A stretch of 64,000 bases of DNA. Origin: Thermoanaerobaculia bacterium. Its GTDB lineage: Bacteria; Acidobacteriota; Thermoanaerobaculia; Gp7-AA8. The notes under the pieces are model-generated. The model did not search any database and was not told the DNA's origin. It was given only the letters and a program-made list of their open reading frames with translations. A program made the translations under genes and the position numbers. Below are positions 56,232-64,000 of this stretch, in pieces. The stretch is taken from assembly GCA_041671505.1 (NCBI GenBank), contig JBAZBK010000010.1, positions 46,838 through 110,837 on the forward strand. Direction: 5' to 3'. How positions within the stretch are numbered: the first letter of the stretch is position 1; each line of letters opens with the position of its first letter.

Positions 56232-57107
56232 ATGAAGTCAAAGTACGCAACGCTCATCTTCGTGCCGCATGCGCGGGCGAAGTTCAGAAAGATGGTGGTT
56301 TCTCACCGTCTGCTGTGGGGCGCTGTCGGACTCGCGGGCCTCTCCCTCATCCTCTCGAGCTTCTTCGCCATCCAGTACTTCACCTCGATCTCCCACGCAC
56401 GCGAGCTCTCGCGGCTCAAGGCGGAGAATCGCGATCTCCAGGTCGCGAACGAGGACTTCAGCAAGTCGGTCGACACGCTTCGCTCGCAGCTGAAGTCAGT
56501 CGAGGAGAAGACGCGCAAACTCGCGATCATCGCGGGCGTGAACGCGATCGACGAAGGCGCGACGGGTGGTGTTGGCGGCCTTCGCGACGGCGCGGCGCCC
56601 GGCAGTCCTTACAGCGATGAAGTCGACACGATGCGCTTCCGTTCGCGCCGCCTCGCGAGCGAGCTCTCGCTCCTCGAGGACAAGCTGACCGAGCGCTCGC
56701 AGATGCTCTCCTCCACGCCTTCGATCGCACCGGTCCACGGCGTCCTGACCGACGGCTTCGGCGGACGGTCCGATCCGTTCACCGGCGAGAAGGGGATTCA
56801 CACCGCGGTCGACATCTCCTCCGCGCCCGGACAGCCGGTCCGCGCTCCCGCCGACGGCATCGTCGTCAAGGCGGAGTGGGCGAACGGCTACGGCAACGTC
56901 GTCTACATCTCGCACGGCTTCGGCTACTCGACCCGCTACGGCCACCTTCAGAGCTTCGCGGTCAAGCCGGGCCAGAAGGTCAAGCGCGGCGACCTGATCG
57001 GCGCCGTCGGAACGACCGGCCGCTCCACCGGCCCCCACCTCCACTACGAGGTCCGCCTCAACGACCAGCCGGTCAATCCGCTCGCTTACATCCTGAACGC
57101 TTATTAA
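56232..57107 (+). CDS. M23-family metallopeptidase (EnvC/NlpD-like, coiled-coil + LytM domain)
   Basis: N-terminal TM plus coiled coil. LytM domain H-x-x-x-D (GIHTAVD), ...SHGFGYSTRYGHL..., HLHYEV. Confidence 0.8.
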   Translation: MKSKYATLIFVPHARAKFRKMVVSHRLLWGAVGLAGLSLILSSFFAIQYFTSISHARELSRLKAENRDLQVANEDFSKSVDTLRSQLKSVEEKTRKLAIIAGVNAIDEGATGGVGGLRDGAAPGSPYSDEVDTMRFRSRRLASELSLLEDKLTERSQMLSSTPSIAPVHGVLTDGFGGRSDPFTGEKGIHTAVDISSAPGQPVRAPADGIVVKAEWANGYGNVVYISHGFGYSTRYGHLQSFAVKPGQKVKRGDLIGAVGTTGRSTGPHLHYEVRLNDQPVNPLAYILNAY

Positions 57108-57212
57108 GACTTTTCGAGGCCCCGCGATGCTGAGTTGCGGGGCCTTGGTGTATTCGGGCGATTTCGTGCGGCGGATGGAACTCGTTCCGCGAGATCTTCG
57201 CTGGATCGACGT

Positions 57213-57581
57213 CAGCGTTCGTCCGCGAAAACCGAAATGTCGAATGTCGAATGAGGAATGAAGAATGGAGAAACAAGGCCCGTCGCATTGACCCTTTCTT
57301 CATTCTTCATTCGACATTCGACATTCGACATTTCGAATTCTCGACCCCCTGCACCGACCTCGCCGATCGCCGAACGCACGCACGGCCCGCCTGAACAAAA
57401 CTCAGCGTTCGTCCGCGAAAACCGAAATGTCGAATGTCGAATGAGGAATGAAGAATGGAGAAACGAGGCCCGCCGCATTGCCCCTTTCTTCATTCTTCAT
57501 TCGACATTCGACATTCGACATTTCGAATTCTCGACCCCCTGCACCGACCTCGCCGATCGCCGAACGCACGCACGGCCCGCC
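57213..57581. repeat. Tandem 190-bp duplication, each unit containing a subtype C/D foldback hairpin (xxGAATG heptads)
   Basis: Unit 1 is 57213-57402 and unit 2 is 57403-~57581, near-identical. Each unit has cgaaaaccgaaatgtcgaatgtcgaatgaggaatgaagaatggagaaa ... tttcttcattcttcattcgacattcgacattcgacatttcgaattctcg. Hairpins at 57226-57343 and 57416-57533. Lies between convergent genes. Confidence 0.6.
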
Positions 57582-57645
57582 ATCAAAGAACAAAGGCCCC
57601 TTTCCGCTCACGCAGAAAGGGGCCGGGATTCAAGACTGACTTCGG

Positions 57646-59454
57646 TCAGAACAGCCGGTTCCCTACCATCCCGGCGGAATCTGCCTCGTTCGCCAATAGC
57701 CATCCCACGACTTCGCCGGGGATGAAGTCGTCGGGCATGTAGCTCGGGCGGTCGAAGGCGGAGGAGCCGCCGGTGGCGATGTCGGCCTTCGACTGCAGCA
57801 GCCTGGTGATCCGCTCCGACCAAGAGACGAAGTTCGCCGGCCGAAGGTCGACCCAGCCCTGGAAGGCGTACTTCTCGATCGCCGCGCCGTCGACCTCGTT
57901 AGGCAGGCCGTCGGGCCGCGGGACCGGGATGTTGAGCCGCGGGCCGCGCGTGATCTTCGCCCCCTTGCCGTCGGCGCGCAGCAGAGGGATGCCGATCGTC
58001 GTGACGAGGCTCGTGACCTTCGGGTTCGCGGCGAGAAACGTCTCGACCGCTGCCCGAAGCCTCTCGGCCGGAACCTTGGCCAGCTCTGCCGCCGACGAGG
58101 TTCCCGTCGCGGCACGGATCAGGTACGCCTCAAAGAGCAGCTTCGAGAGGCGCGGCGGCCCGAGCTGGCCGATCGCGACCGACGGCAGGAAGTCCTTCTC
58201 CGCCGACAGGGCGTTCTCGAGCACCGCGAGCTGGCGGCACGCATGGTCGCGCAGCACGCCGGCCCGGTAGCTCGGCTCGGTGATCGCGCCGTCGATCGCG
58301 GCGAGCACGTCGCGTCCGGTCGACGCGCCGAGGATCTCGAGGATCACCGTGCGGGCGACTTCCTCCGGCGTCACGTACTCCATCTGCCGCGGATAGGTGA
58401 TCGCGTGGAACTCGCCGATGCAGAAGAAGCCGTTCTCGCCCGTGTCGGCGCCGACGATCGTCACCGGCACGTCGCGGTTCTCGAACTTCGAATAGCTCGC
58501 GAAGTCGGCGCGCGGCTGGAGCGCCGCCCCGATCGCCTCGTCCTTCGACTCGACGAGGAAGCCCGGCTCGCGCGCGTTCGTCGCGCCGGCGAGCTTCACG
58601 TGGCTCGAGCGGAGCTTGCGGAAGCCGATCATCGCCCCCGGCTTCACTTCCTTGATCAGCGTCCCCATGTTCTCGCTCCCCTCGGTCGCGACTCCGGGAG
58701 TGCGGGCGAGAAGGAAAAGGAGTCCGGTGTGCGCGAAGCCGATCGCCGACTTCGAGATCAGCGTCGCGCTCGGCTTGTCCTCGCTGTGCGTGTAGGGGAT
58801 GTTGAGCCCCATGCCGCCGGTTCCCGTCGTCCCGACCTTCACGTAGATCCGGACGCCGGTGTCCTTGAGCGTGTTGTGCAGGTAGAGGATGTGGCGCGTG
58901 ATCTGCGGCACTCCCTGCGCGATCATCAGCTCGCGCACGCCGAGGATGAACTTGTCGAGGTCGGCCTTGTCGAGCGAGCCGGCATCCTCGAGACGGTCGA
59001 GCATCACCTTCACGCGGCGCGAGGTCGTGTAGACGTCCTGGTAGCTGATCGCCGTCGCGGTGTTGATGCAGTCGACGACGACGTCGGGCCGGTGGCTGTC
59101 GATCAGCTTGAAGAGCTTCGACGCCTTGTAGGCCTCGGGGTTCGACGAGAAGATGTCGTCGAAGAGCTCGTCGAAGAGCTTCCGCTCCGCGACGAGACGC
59201 CCGCGACCGTGGCCCTGGAGTGAAGCGGGGATGAAGATGTCGCCCGGCTCCGGGGTGAACTTCGTCTTCCAGCCGAGCCGCGCCGCGTCGGCGCGAAGCT
59301 CCGCGACCGCCTCGTCGACTTCCGCCGAGGTAAGAGCAGAAATGATGATCTCGTCAGGCTGGAGCTCGCGTACGGCCTCGCGCGCGACCTCCACGCCGAC
59401 CATGCCGCCACCGCCGAGAATAAGAACCCGTTGCGCCGCCCTATGACGCGTCAT
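57646..59454 (-). CDS. Hypothetical NAD(P)-binding Rossmann-fold protein (saccharopine-dehydrogenase-like N-terminus?)
   Basis: N-terminus VLILGGGGMVGVEVAREAV (GxGxxG). The 602-aa remainder is unrecognised. Confidence 0.4.
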   Translation of the reverse strand: MTRHRAAQRVLILGGGGMVGVEVAREAVRELQPDEIIISALTSAEVDEAVAELRADAARLGWKTKFTPEPGDIFIPASLQGHGRGRLVAERKLFDELFDDIFSSNPEAYKASKLFKLIDSHRPDVVVDCINTATAISYQDVYTTSRRVKVMLDRLEDAGSLDKADLDKFILGVRELMIAQGVPQITRHILYLHNTLKDTGVRIYVKVGTTGTGGMGLNIPYTHSEDKPSATLISKSAIGFAHTGLLFLLARTPGVATEGSENMGTLIKEVKPGAMIGFRKLRSSHVKLAGATNAREPGFLVESKDEAIGAALQPRADFASYSKFENRDVPVTIVGADTGENGFFCIGEFHAITYPRQMEYVTPEEVARTVILEILGASTGRDVLAAIDGAITEPSYRAGVLRDHACRQLAVLENALSAEKDFLPSVAIGQLGPPRLSKLLFEAYLIRAATGTSSAAELAKVPAERLRAAVETFLAANPKVTSLVTTIGIPLLRADGKGAKITRGPRLNIPVPRPDGLPNEVDGAAIEKYAFQGWVDLRPANFVSWSERITRLLQSKADIATGGSSAFDRPSYMPDDFIPGEVVGWLLANEADSAGMVGNRLF

Positions 59455-59487
59455 TGAATCCTCCTCCGTGCGGCCCGGCAGGTCAGG

Positions 59488-60426
59488 CTATTCGTGCCCG
59501 CTCAGCCAGCGCTCGCAATCGAGCGCCGCCATGCAGCCCGTTCCAGCCGCCGTGACCGCCTGCCTGTAGACGTGGTCTGCCACGTCTCCGCAGGCAAAAA
59601 TGCCTTCGATGTTGGTGTAGGTCGAGCCCGTCTTCGTCGTGAGGTAGCCCTTGTCGTCCATGTCGAGCAGCCCACGGAACGCCTGGGTGTTCGGGGTGTG
59701 TCCGATCGCGACGAAGAGCCCCTGCGTCGGAAACTCGCGCGTCTCGCCGGTGACGACGTTGCGCAGCGTGAGCGCCGTAACGCCCTTGTCCTTGCTGCCA
59801 ACGACGTCGTCGACGACGCTGTCGAAGATGAACTCGATTTTCGGGTTCTCCTGCGCGCGCCTCACCATGATCTTCGACGCGCGCATCTCCTTGCGGCGGT
59901 GGACGATCGTCACCTTGCTCGCGAACTTGGTGAGGAAGGTCGCCTCCTCCATCGCCGAGTCTCCGCCGCCGACCACGACGATCTCCTTCCCCTTGAAGAA
60001 GAAGCCGTCACAGGTCGCGCAGTACGACACGCCGAAGCCCTGGAGCTGCTTTTCCGACTCGAGGCCGATCTGCATCGCCGTCGCGCCCGACGCCACGATC
60101 ACCGCGTCGCACTCGTACTCGCGATCCTCGGTGACGACGACGTACGGGCGGGTGCCCGTCTCGACGTTCACCACCTGCTCCATCTTGAATTCGGCGCCGA
60201 ATTTCTCCGCCTGCTTCCGCATCAGGTCCATCAGCTGCGGTCCGAGAATCCCCTCGGGAAACCCGGGGAAGTTCTCGACCTCGGTCGTGATCGTCAGCTG
60301 CCCGCCCGGCTGAAGTCCCTCGAGCACGACAGCCTTGATGTTGGCTCGCGACAGGTAGAGCGCCGCGGTGCAGCCGGCAGGCCCGGAGCCGATGATCACG
60401 ACGCGATAATCTCTGATTCTTTCCAT
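59488..60426 (-). CDS. trxB: Thioredoxin-disulfide reductase
   Basis: MERIRDYRVVIIGSGPAG (FAD), redox-active CATCDG, and NADPH motif VVGGGDSAMEEA. Start at ATG 60426. The 645-aa ORF in the track is over-extended. Confidence 0.9.
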   Translation of the reverse strand: MERIRDYRVVIIGSGPAGCTAALYLSRANIKAVVLEGLQPGGQLTITTEVENFPGFPEGILGPQLMDLMRKQAEKFGAEFKMEQVVNVETGTRPYVVVTEDREYECDAVIVASGATAMQIGLESEKQLQGFGVSYCATCDGFFFKGKEIVVVGGGDSAMEEATFLTKFASKVTIVHRRKEMRASKIMVRRAQENPKIEFIFDSVVDDVVGSKDKGVTALTLRNVVTGETREFPTQGLFVAIGHTPNTQAFRGLLDMDDKGYLTTKTGSTYTNIEGIFACGDVADHVYRQAVTAAGTGCMAALDCERWLSGHE

Positions 60427-60605
60427 GGAGCGGTGGTTCCTTTCTCGAATGCCCTGGGCCCGCTTCGGGCCTCCTCGGACACGCTCAGAACCGTTTCGTG
60501 ATTGCGGCTCTTCCGGGGGCCGATCCCCGGGGCGACCGGGATTGTATGCGATGGGACTCGCAGCGCAAGGATGGCAGCCACGCCCTTGGGGTGCGCTGCG
60601 CCACG

Positions 60606-61735
60606 TCAGAGTGTGGGCTGGATCGCAGCGACGAGGCGTTCGCCGGCGACCTCGATCTGCCAGCGCCGCATCGCCGGGATCGAGGCGAGTGCGGCAGCCT
60701 CGGTCGGCGGGTCGGTCGCGATCGCCGCGAGCACGTGGCGCGGCGCCAGGACCCCGGGCTCGATCGCCAGATCGCGCGCCAGTTCGTCGCGCACGGAGCG
60801 AAGCAGGTCGATGCGCTGCTCGAGCAGCTTGTCGCGGATCCACTGCTTCTTCGCGACGAGCTCGGGGAGTTCGGTCTCCGGAAGCGCGAGCGCCTCGGCG
60901 ACGGCGGCCAGGATTCCCTGCCCATGGCGTCCGGCCTGTCCGGCGGTCATCCCCCGGATCTGCTTGAGCTCGCGGGGCGACTGCGGGAGCGCCTCGGCGA
61001 TCGCGACCAGCGTTTCGTTGCCGGCGACCTTGAACGGCGGACGATCGACGGTGCGGGCGACGCCGTCGCGCCAGGCGTGAAGCCTCGCGAGCGCGGCGAG
61101 CTGCCGGCGGCTGAAGCGTCCGATGTTCTTCAGCTTCCGGAAGGTCTCCGGATCGGGAACGCTCTCGGTGTGGCGGATCTGCGCGAGGCGGGAGAACTCC
61201 TCCATCGCCCACTCCCAGCGCCCCTTCTCGCGCAGTTCGACCTCGAGCTTCGCGACGAGCTCCTCGAGATAGTGTGTGTCGGTTGCCGCGTAGCGGAGCA
61301 TCTCGGGAGTCAGCGGGCGCTGCGACCAGTCGGCCCGCTGATGCGTCTTGTCGAGCTTGAGGCCGAAGTGGCGGTCGAGCAGCGCCGCGAGGCCGATCGC
61401 TTCGTAACCGAGCAACTGGGCGCAAATCATCGTGTCGCGCAGGTTCTCGATCTCGAAGCCGAAGTCGCGGTTGAGTATCCGGAGGTCGTAGTCGGCTCCG
61501 TGGAACACCTTCACGACCTTCTCGTCGCGCAGAACCGCGCCGAGGGGATCGATCGGAAACCCCGCGAGCGGGTCGACGATCCAGTCTTCACCGCCGACGG
61601 TGAACTGCATCAGGCAGACCTTGTCGAAGTAGCTGTGAAGCGAATCGGCCTCCGTGTCGATCGCGACGCGGTCGAGCCGCGCGATCGCGTCGAGCAGCCG
61701 GGTGAGCCCTTCCGAGGTGTCGACCCAGATCATCG
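60606..61735 (-). CDS. rnd: Ribonuclease D (DEDDy 3'-5' exonuclease + HRDC)
   Basis: MIWVDTSEGL...VAIDTEADSLHSY...FHGADYDLRIL...YAATDTHYL... exonuclease motifs I-III, then an HRDC-like C-terminus. Start at ATG 61735. Confidence 0.8.
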
Positions 61736-62308
61736 AGCAACTGCCTTTCCTGCGAGACCGATCGAGCGGAGCGTCTCGTCGAAGTGCGCGCGGTCGAATG
61801 CGTCGCCGGCCGCTGTTGCGAGATCGTCGACGGTAACGTCTTCGCGCTCCGAAAGTATGAGCATGAGTGCAAGGTCCTCCGCGTGGACGACCGGAACGGG
61901 CGAACCTGCGAGGAGCGCTTCGACCGTGCGATTGAGCATTTTCGCGTAGAGCGCGTTCGTCGCCATGAGCACATGAACGCGCGGCGACCCGTCGCCACTG
62001 CCCCACCGCATCGGGACGAGGTCGAGCTCGCGCGCCGCCTCGACCTCGGCCGGGTCGACCGTGAAGCCGCGGTGGCTCGCCATCATCGGAATCTGCTGGG
62101 AGCGGTCGGGGGAGACCAGGGCGAGCACGTCGACCGCGCCTGACTCGACGCGGCGGCCGGTCCAGGCTCCGATCGCGATTTCACCGACGAACGCGTGCGC
62201 GACCTGTTGCCGCGCCAGGATGTCGTCGATCGCTCGCGCCGCCGCGAGCCTCGGATCCACGATGTCGAGAGTGAGCTGTCCCATGCCGCCGACGGTGGAG
62301 CGTAGCAT
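61730..62308 (-). CDS. Hypothetical protein
   Basis: 192 aa with no motif. Its stop overlaps the rnd start. Confidence 0.35.
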   Translation of the reverse strand: MLRSTVGGMGQLTLDIVDPRLAAARAIDDILARQQVAHAFVGEIAIGAWTGRRVESGAVDVLALVSPDRSQQIPMMASHRGFTVDPAEVEAARELDLVPMRWGSGDGSPRVHVLMATNALYAKMLNRTVEALLAGSPVPVVHAEDLALMLILSEREDVTVDDLATAAGDAFDRAHFDETLRSIGLAGKAVAR

Positions 62309-62414
62309 GGTGGGGTCACACCGAAAGATGAAAGTTTGCGGCGGGACCCCACTTCTTCATCTTCTTTTCGGTCTGACTCCAATGGCTTTCTGCTTCGAGT
62401 TAACGGAAGAGAAG

Positions 62415-62513
62415 CCGAAGTTAGAAGTTAGAACGTTGAATGTTGAATCCAGAAAGGCCTGAGCGGCTTCTTTTCTGGGTTCAAAACTCAACGTTCTAAC
62501 TTCTAACTTCAGG
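62415..62513. repeat. Foldback hairpin, subtype E copy 3
   Basis: ccgaagttagaagttagaacgttgaatgttgaatccagaaagg cctgagcggcttc ttttctgggttcaaaactcaacgttctaacttctaacttcagg. Confidence 0.55.
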
Positions 62514-62577
62514 TTTTCCTGCGTGAACTCACCGCCGTTGAGTCTGACCCAGCGGCGGAGGCGGGACGCCTCCGCCA

Positions 62578-64000
62578 CTACCTGATGAACTCCTTGAGCC
62601 GGTCGACGTGCTCCTGTGTCGTCGCGCCGTTGCCGATTGCGACGCGAAGCACGTAGTGCCCCCTCAGCCTCGTCTGCGACACGAAAGCCTTCCCCGACTC
62701 GTTGATCGCCGTCATCAGCGCCTCGTTCGCCCGCTCCGAGGCCTCCTCGTCGACGCTGCCGTCGGCGCGCCTCACAACCCTGCGGAAGACGACGACGGAG
62801 AACGACTGCGGCGCGGCGAGCTCGTACCCCGGCGTCGACTCGATGAATCTCGCGAGTCCCTCCGCGAGCTCGACGTGCGACGCGATCACTTCGCCGAGCT
62901 TCGCCGTGCCGTAGTGCGAGAGGACGAGCCAGAGCTTCAGCGCGCGGAAGCGACGGCCGAGTTGCAGGCCGTAGTCCATGTAGTTGATGACCTCGCTCTC
63001 GGCCGTCTTCAGGTAGTCGGGAACGAGCGAGAAGGTCTCCTTGAGCATGTCGGGCCGCCTGGTCCAGAGCACGCTGCAGTCGACCGGCGTGAAGAGCCAC
63101 TTGTGCGGGTTCACGACGATCGAGTCGGCGTCCTCGATGCCGTTCCAGATCCAGCGGAAGCGCGGATGGATCGTCGCGGAGCCGCCGTAGGCACCGTCGA
63201 CGTGCAGCCAGATGCCGTGACGCTTCGTGATCGCCGCGATCTCCGCCACCGAGTCGACCGCCGCGGTCGAGGTCGTGCCGACCGTGCACGAAACCGCCAC
63301 CGGCTTCACTCCCGCCGCGATGTCTTCCTCGATCGCGTGCGACAGCGCCCGCACGTCCATGCGGAACGCCTCGTCGGCGAGGATCTTGCGCACCCCGCGC
63401 GCGCCGAACCCGAGGGCCAGCGCCGCCTTCTCGATCGAGGAGTGCGACTGGTCGCTGCAGTAGACCCGCATCTGCGGCAGCTCGCGCCCGGTCATGCCGA
63501 GCTCGCGGATGTTGAGCCCGGTCGCCTCGCGTGCCGCCGCGAGCGCGAGGTACGAGTTGATCGACGCCGTGTCGTTGATGATTCCGAAGAGCCCGTCGGG
63601 AAGCCCGAGCGCCTTGCGCAGCCAATCGAGCACCGTCGTCTCGAGCTCGGTCACCGACGGCGATGTCTTCCAGAGCATGCCGTTGAGGTTGAGCGCCGCG
63701 GAGAGCATTTCGCCCAGCACGCCTGCGCGCGAGCCGGTGATCGCGAAGTAGGCGAAGAAGGCGGGGTGGTTCCAGTGCGTCACGCCGGGGAGGACCTTCT
63801 CCTCGAACTCGACGAGGAGATCCTCGAGCGGGCGGCCTTCGCGCGGCGCTTCACCGTCGAACGCCGCGGCGATCTCGCCCGGCTTCGACCGCGAGAGCAC
63901 CGGGTACTTGCCGACGTTGTCGAGATAGTCGGCCATCCAGTCGACTGCTCGATGCGCCGTCGCGCGGAATTCGCTGCTGTCGACCTCGAGAACCTTGTCA
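62578..64000 (-). CDS. PLP-dependent group II decarboxylase (aromatic-L-amino-acid/tyrosine decarboxylase family), 5' end beyond window
   Basis: ...HVDGAYGGSA..., NPHKWLFTPVDCSVLW (PLP-Lys region), and the conserved N-terminal ...EFRATAHRAVDWMADYLDNV continuing past position 64000. Confidence 0.8.
   Translation of the reverse strand, partial: DKVLEVDSSEFRATAHRAVDWMADYLDNVGKYPVLSRSKPGEIAAAFDGEAPREGRPLEDLLVEFEEKVLPGVTHWNHPAFFAYFAITGSRAGVLGEMLSAALNLNGMLWKTSPSVTELETTVLDWLRKALGLPDGLFGIINDTASINSYLALAAAREATGLNIRELGMTGRELPQMRVYCSDQSHSSIEKAALALGFGARGVRKILADEAFRMDVRALSHAIEEDIAAGVKPVAVSCTVGTTSTAAVDSVAEIAAITKRHGIWLHVDGAYGGSATIHPRFRWIWNGIEDADSIVVNPHKWLFTPVDCSVLWTRRPDMLKETFSLVPDYLKTAESEVINYMDYGLQLGRRFRALKLWLVLSHYGTAKLGEVIASHVELAEGLARFIESTPGYELAAPQSFSVVVFRRVVRRADGSVDEEASERANEALMTAINESGKAFVSQTRLRGHYVLRVAIGNGATTQEHVDRLKEFIR

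Noticed and set aside
57200-57600. Possible CRISPR array (regularly spaced short repeats)
   Set aside because: The heptads are contiguous with no spacers and form two complementary arms. The 190-bp periodicity is a tandem duplication. There are no cas genes.

Overview
This is a ~68% GC bacterial chromosomal window, compatible with an Acidobacteria-like genome, and it is mostly dense housekeeping genes. In order it carries: a sulfonate/nitrate-type ABC importer whose substrate-binding protein is fused to an OmpA-like peptidoglycan-binding domain; a pseudo-REC/GGDEF protein; a secreted protein with four tandem repeats; threonine dehydratase, rarA and ppiD; the complete mreB-mreC-mreD-mrdA-mrdB rod-shape cluster; a thrS-infC-rpmI-rplT-pheS operon in which infC starts at AUC; two tandem tRNA-Val genes; lysS and a lolC/E-like permease; a dCMP-deaminase-tsaB-rimI operon; a SpoIID-like gene with an aminotransferase; a DnaC/DnaI-like ATPase coupled to a membrane protein; a large protein with a cyclase-like domain; purC; a PDZ-TM-GAF-PP2C sensor phosphatase; a pyrR-pyrB-pyrC-REC-pilT-like-queF string; an M23 peptidase; trxB; rnd; and a partial PLP decarboxylase. 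Many long + strand ORFs in the track (for example 9..1742, 2433..4145, 21750..24467, 33504..35708, 38638..40983, 45912..49415) are antisense high-GC artefacts. The most unusual content is non-coding. There are at least three families of intergenic palindromic repeats: (i) long foldback hairpins whose arms are tandem 7-bp (heptad) repeats, in several subfamilies; (ii) ~150-bp MITE-like elements with GTCATYCCGA...TCGGAATGAC termini; and (iii) clustered REP/BIME-like hairpins with a GTAG head. One locus shows a foldback inserted inside a MITE copy, and another foldback is tandemly duplicated.
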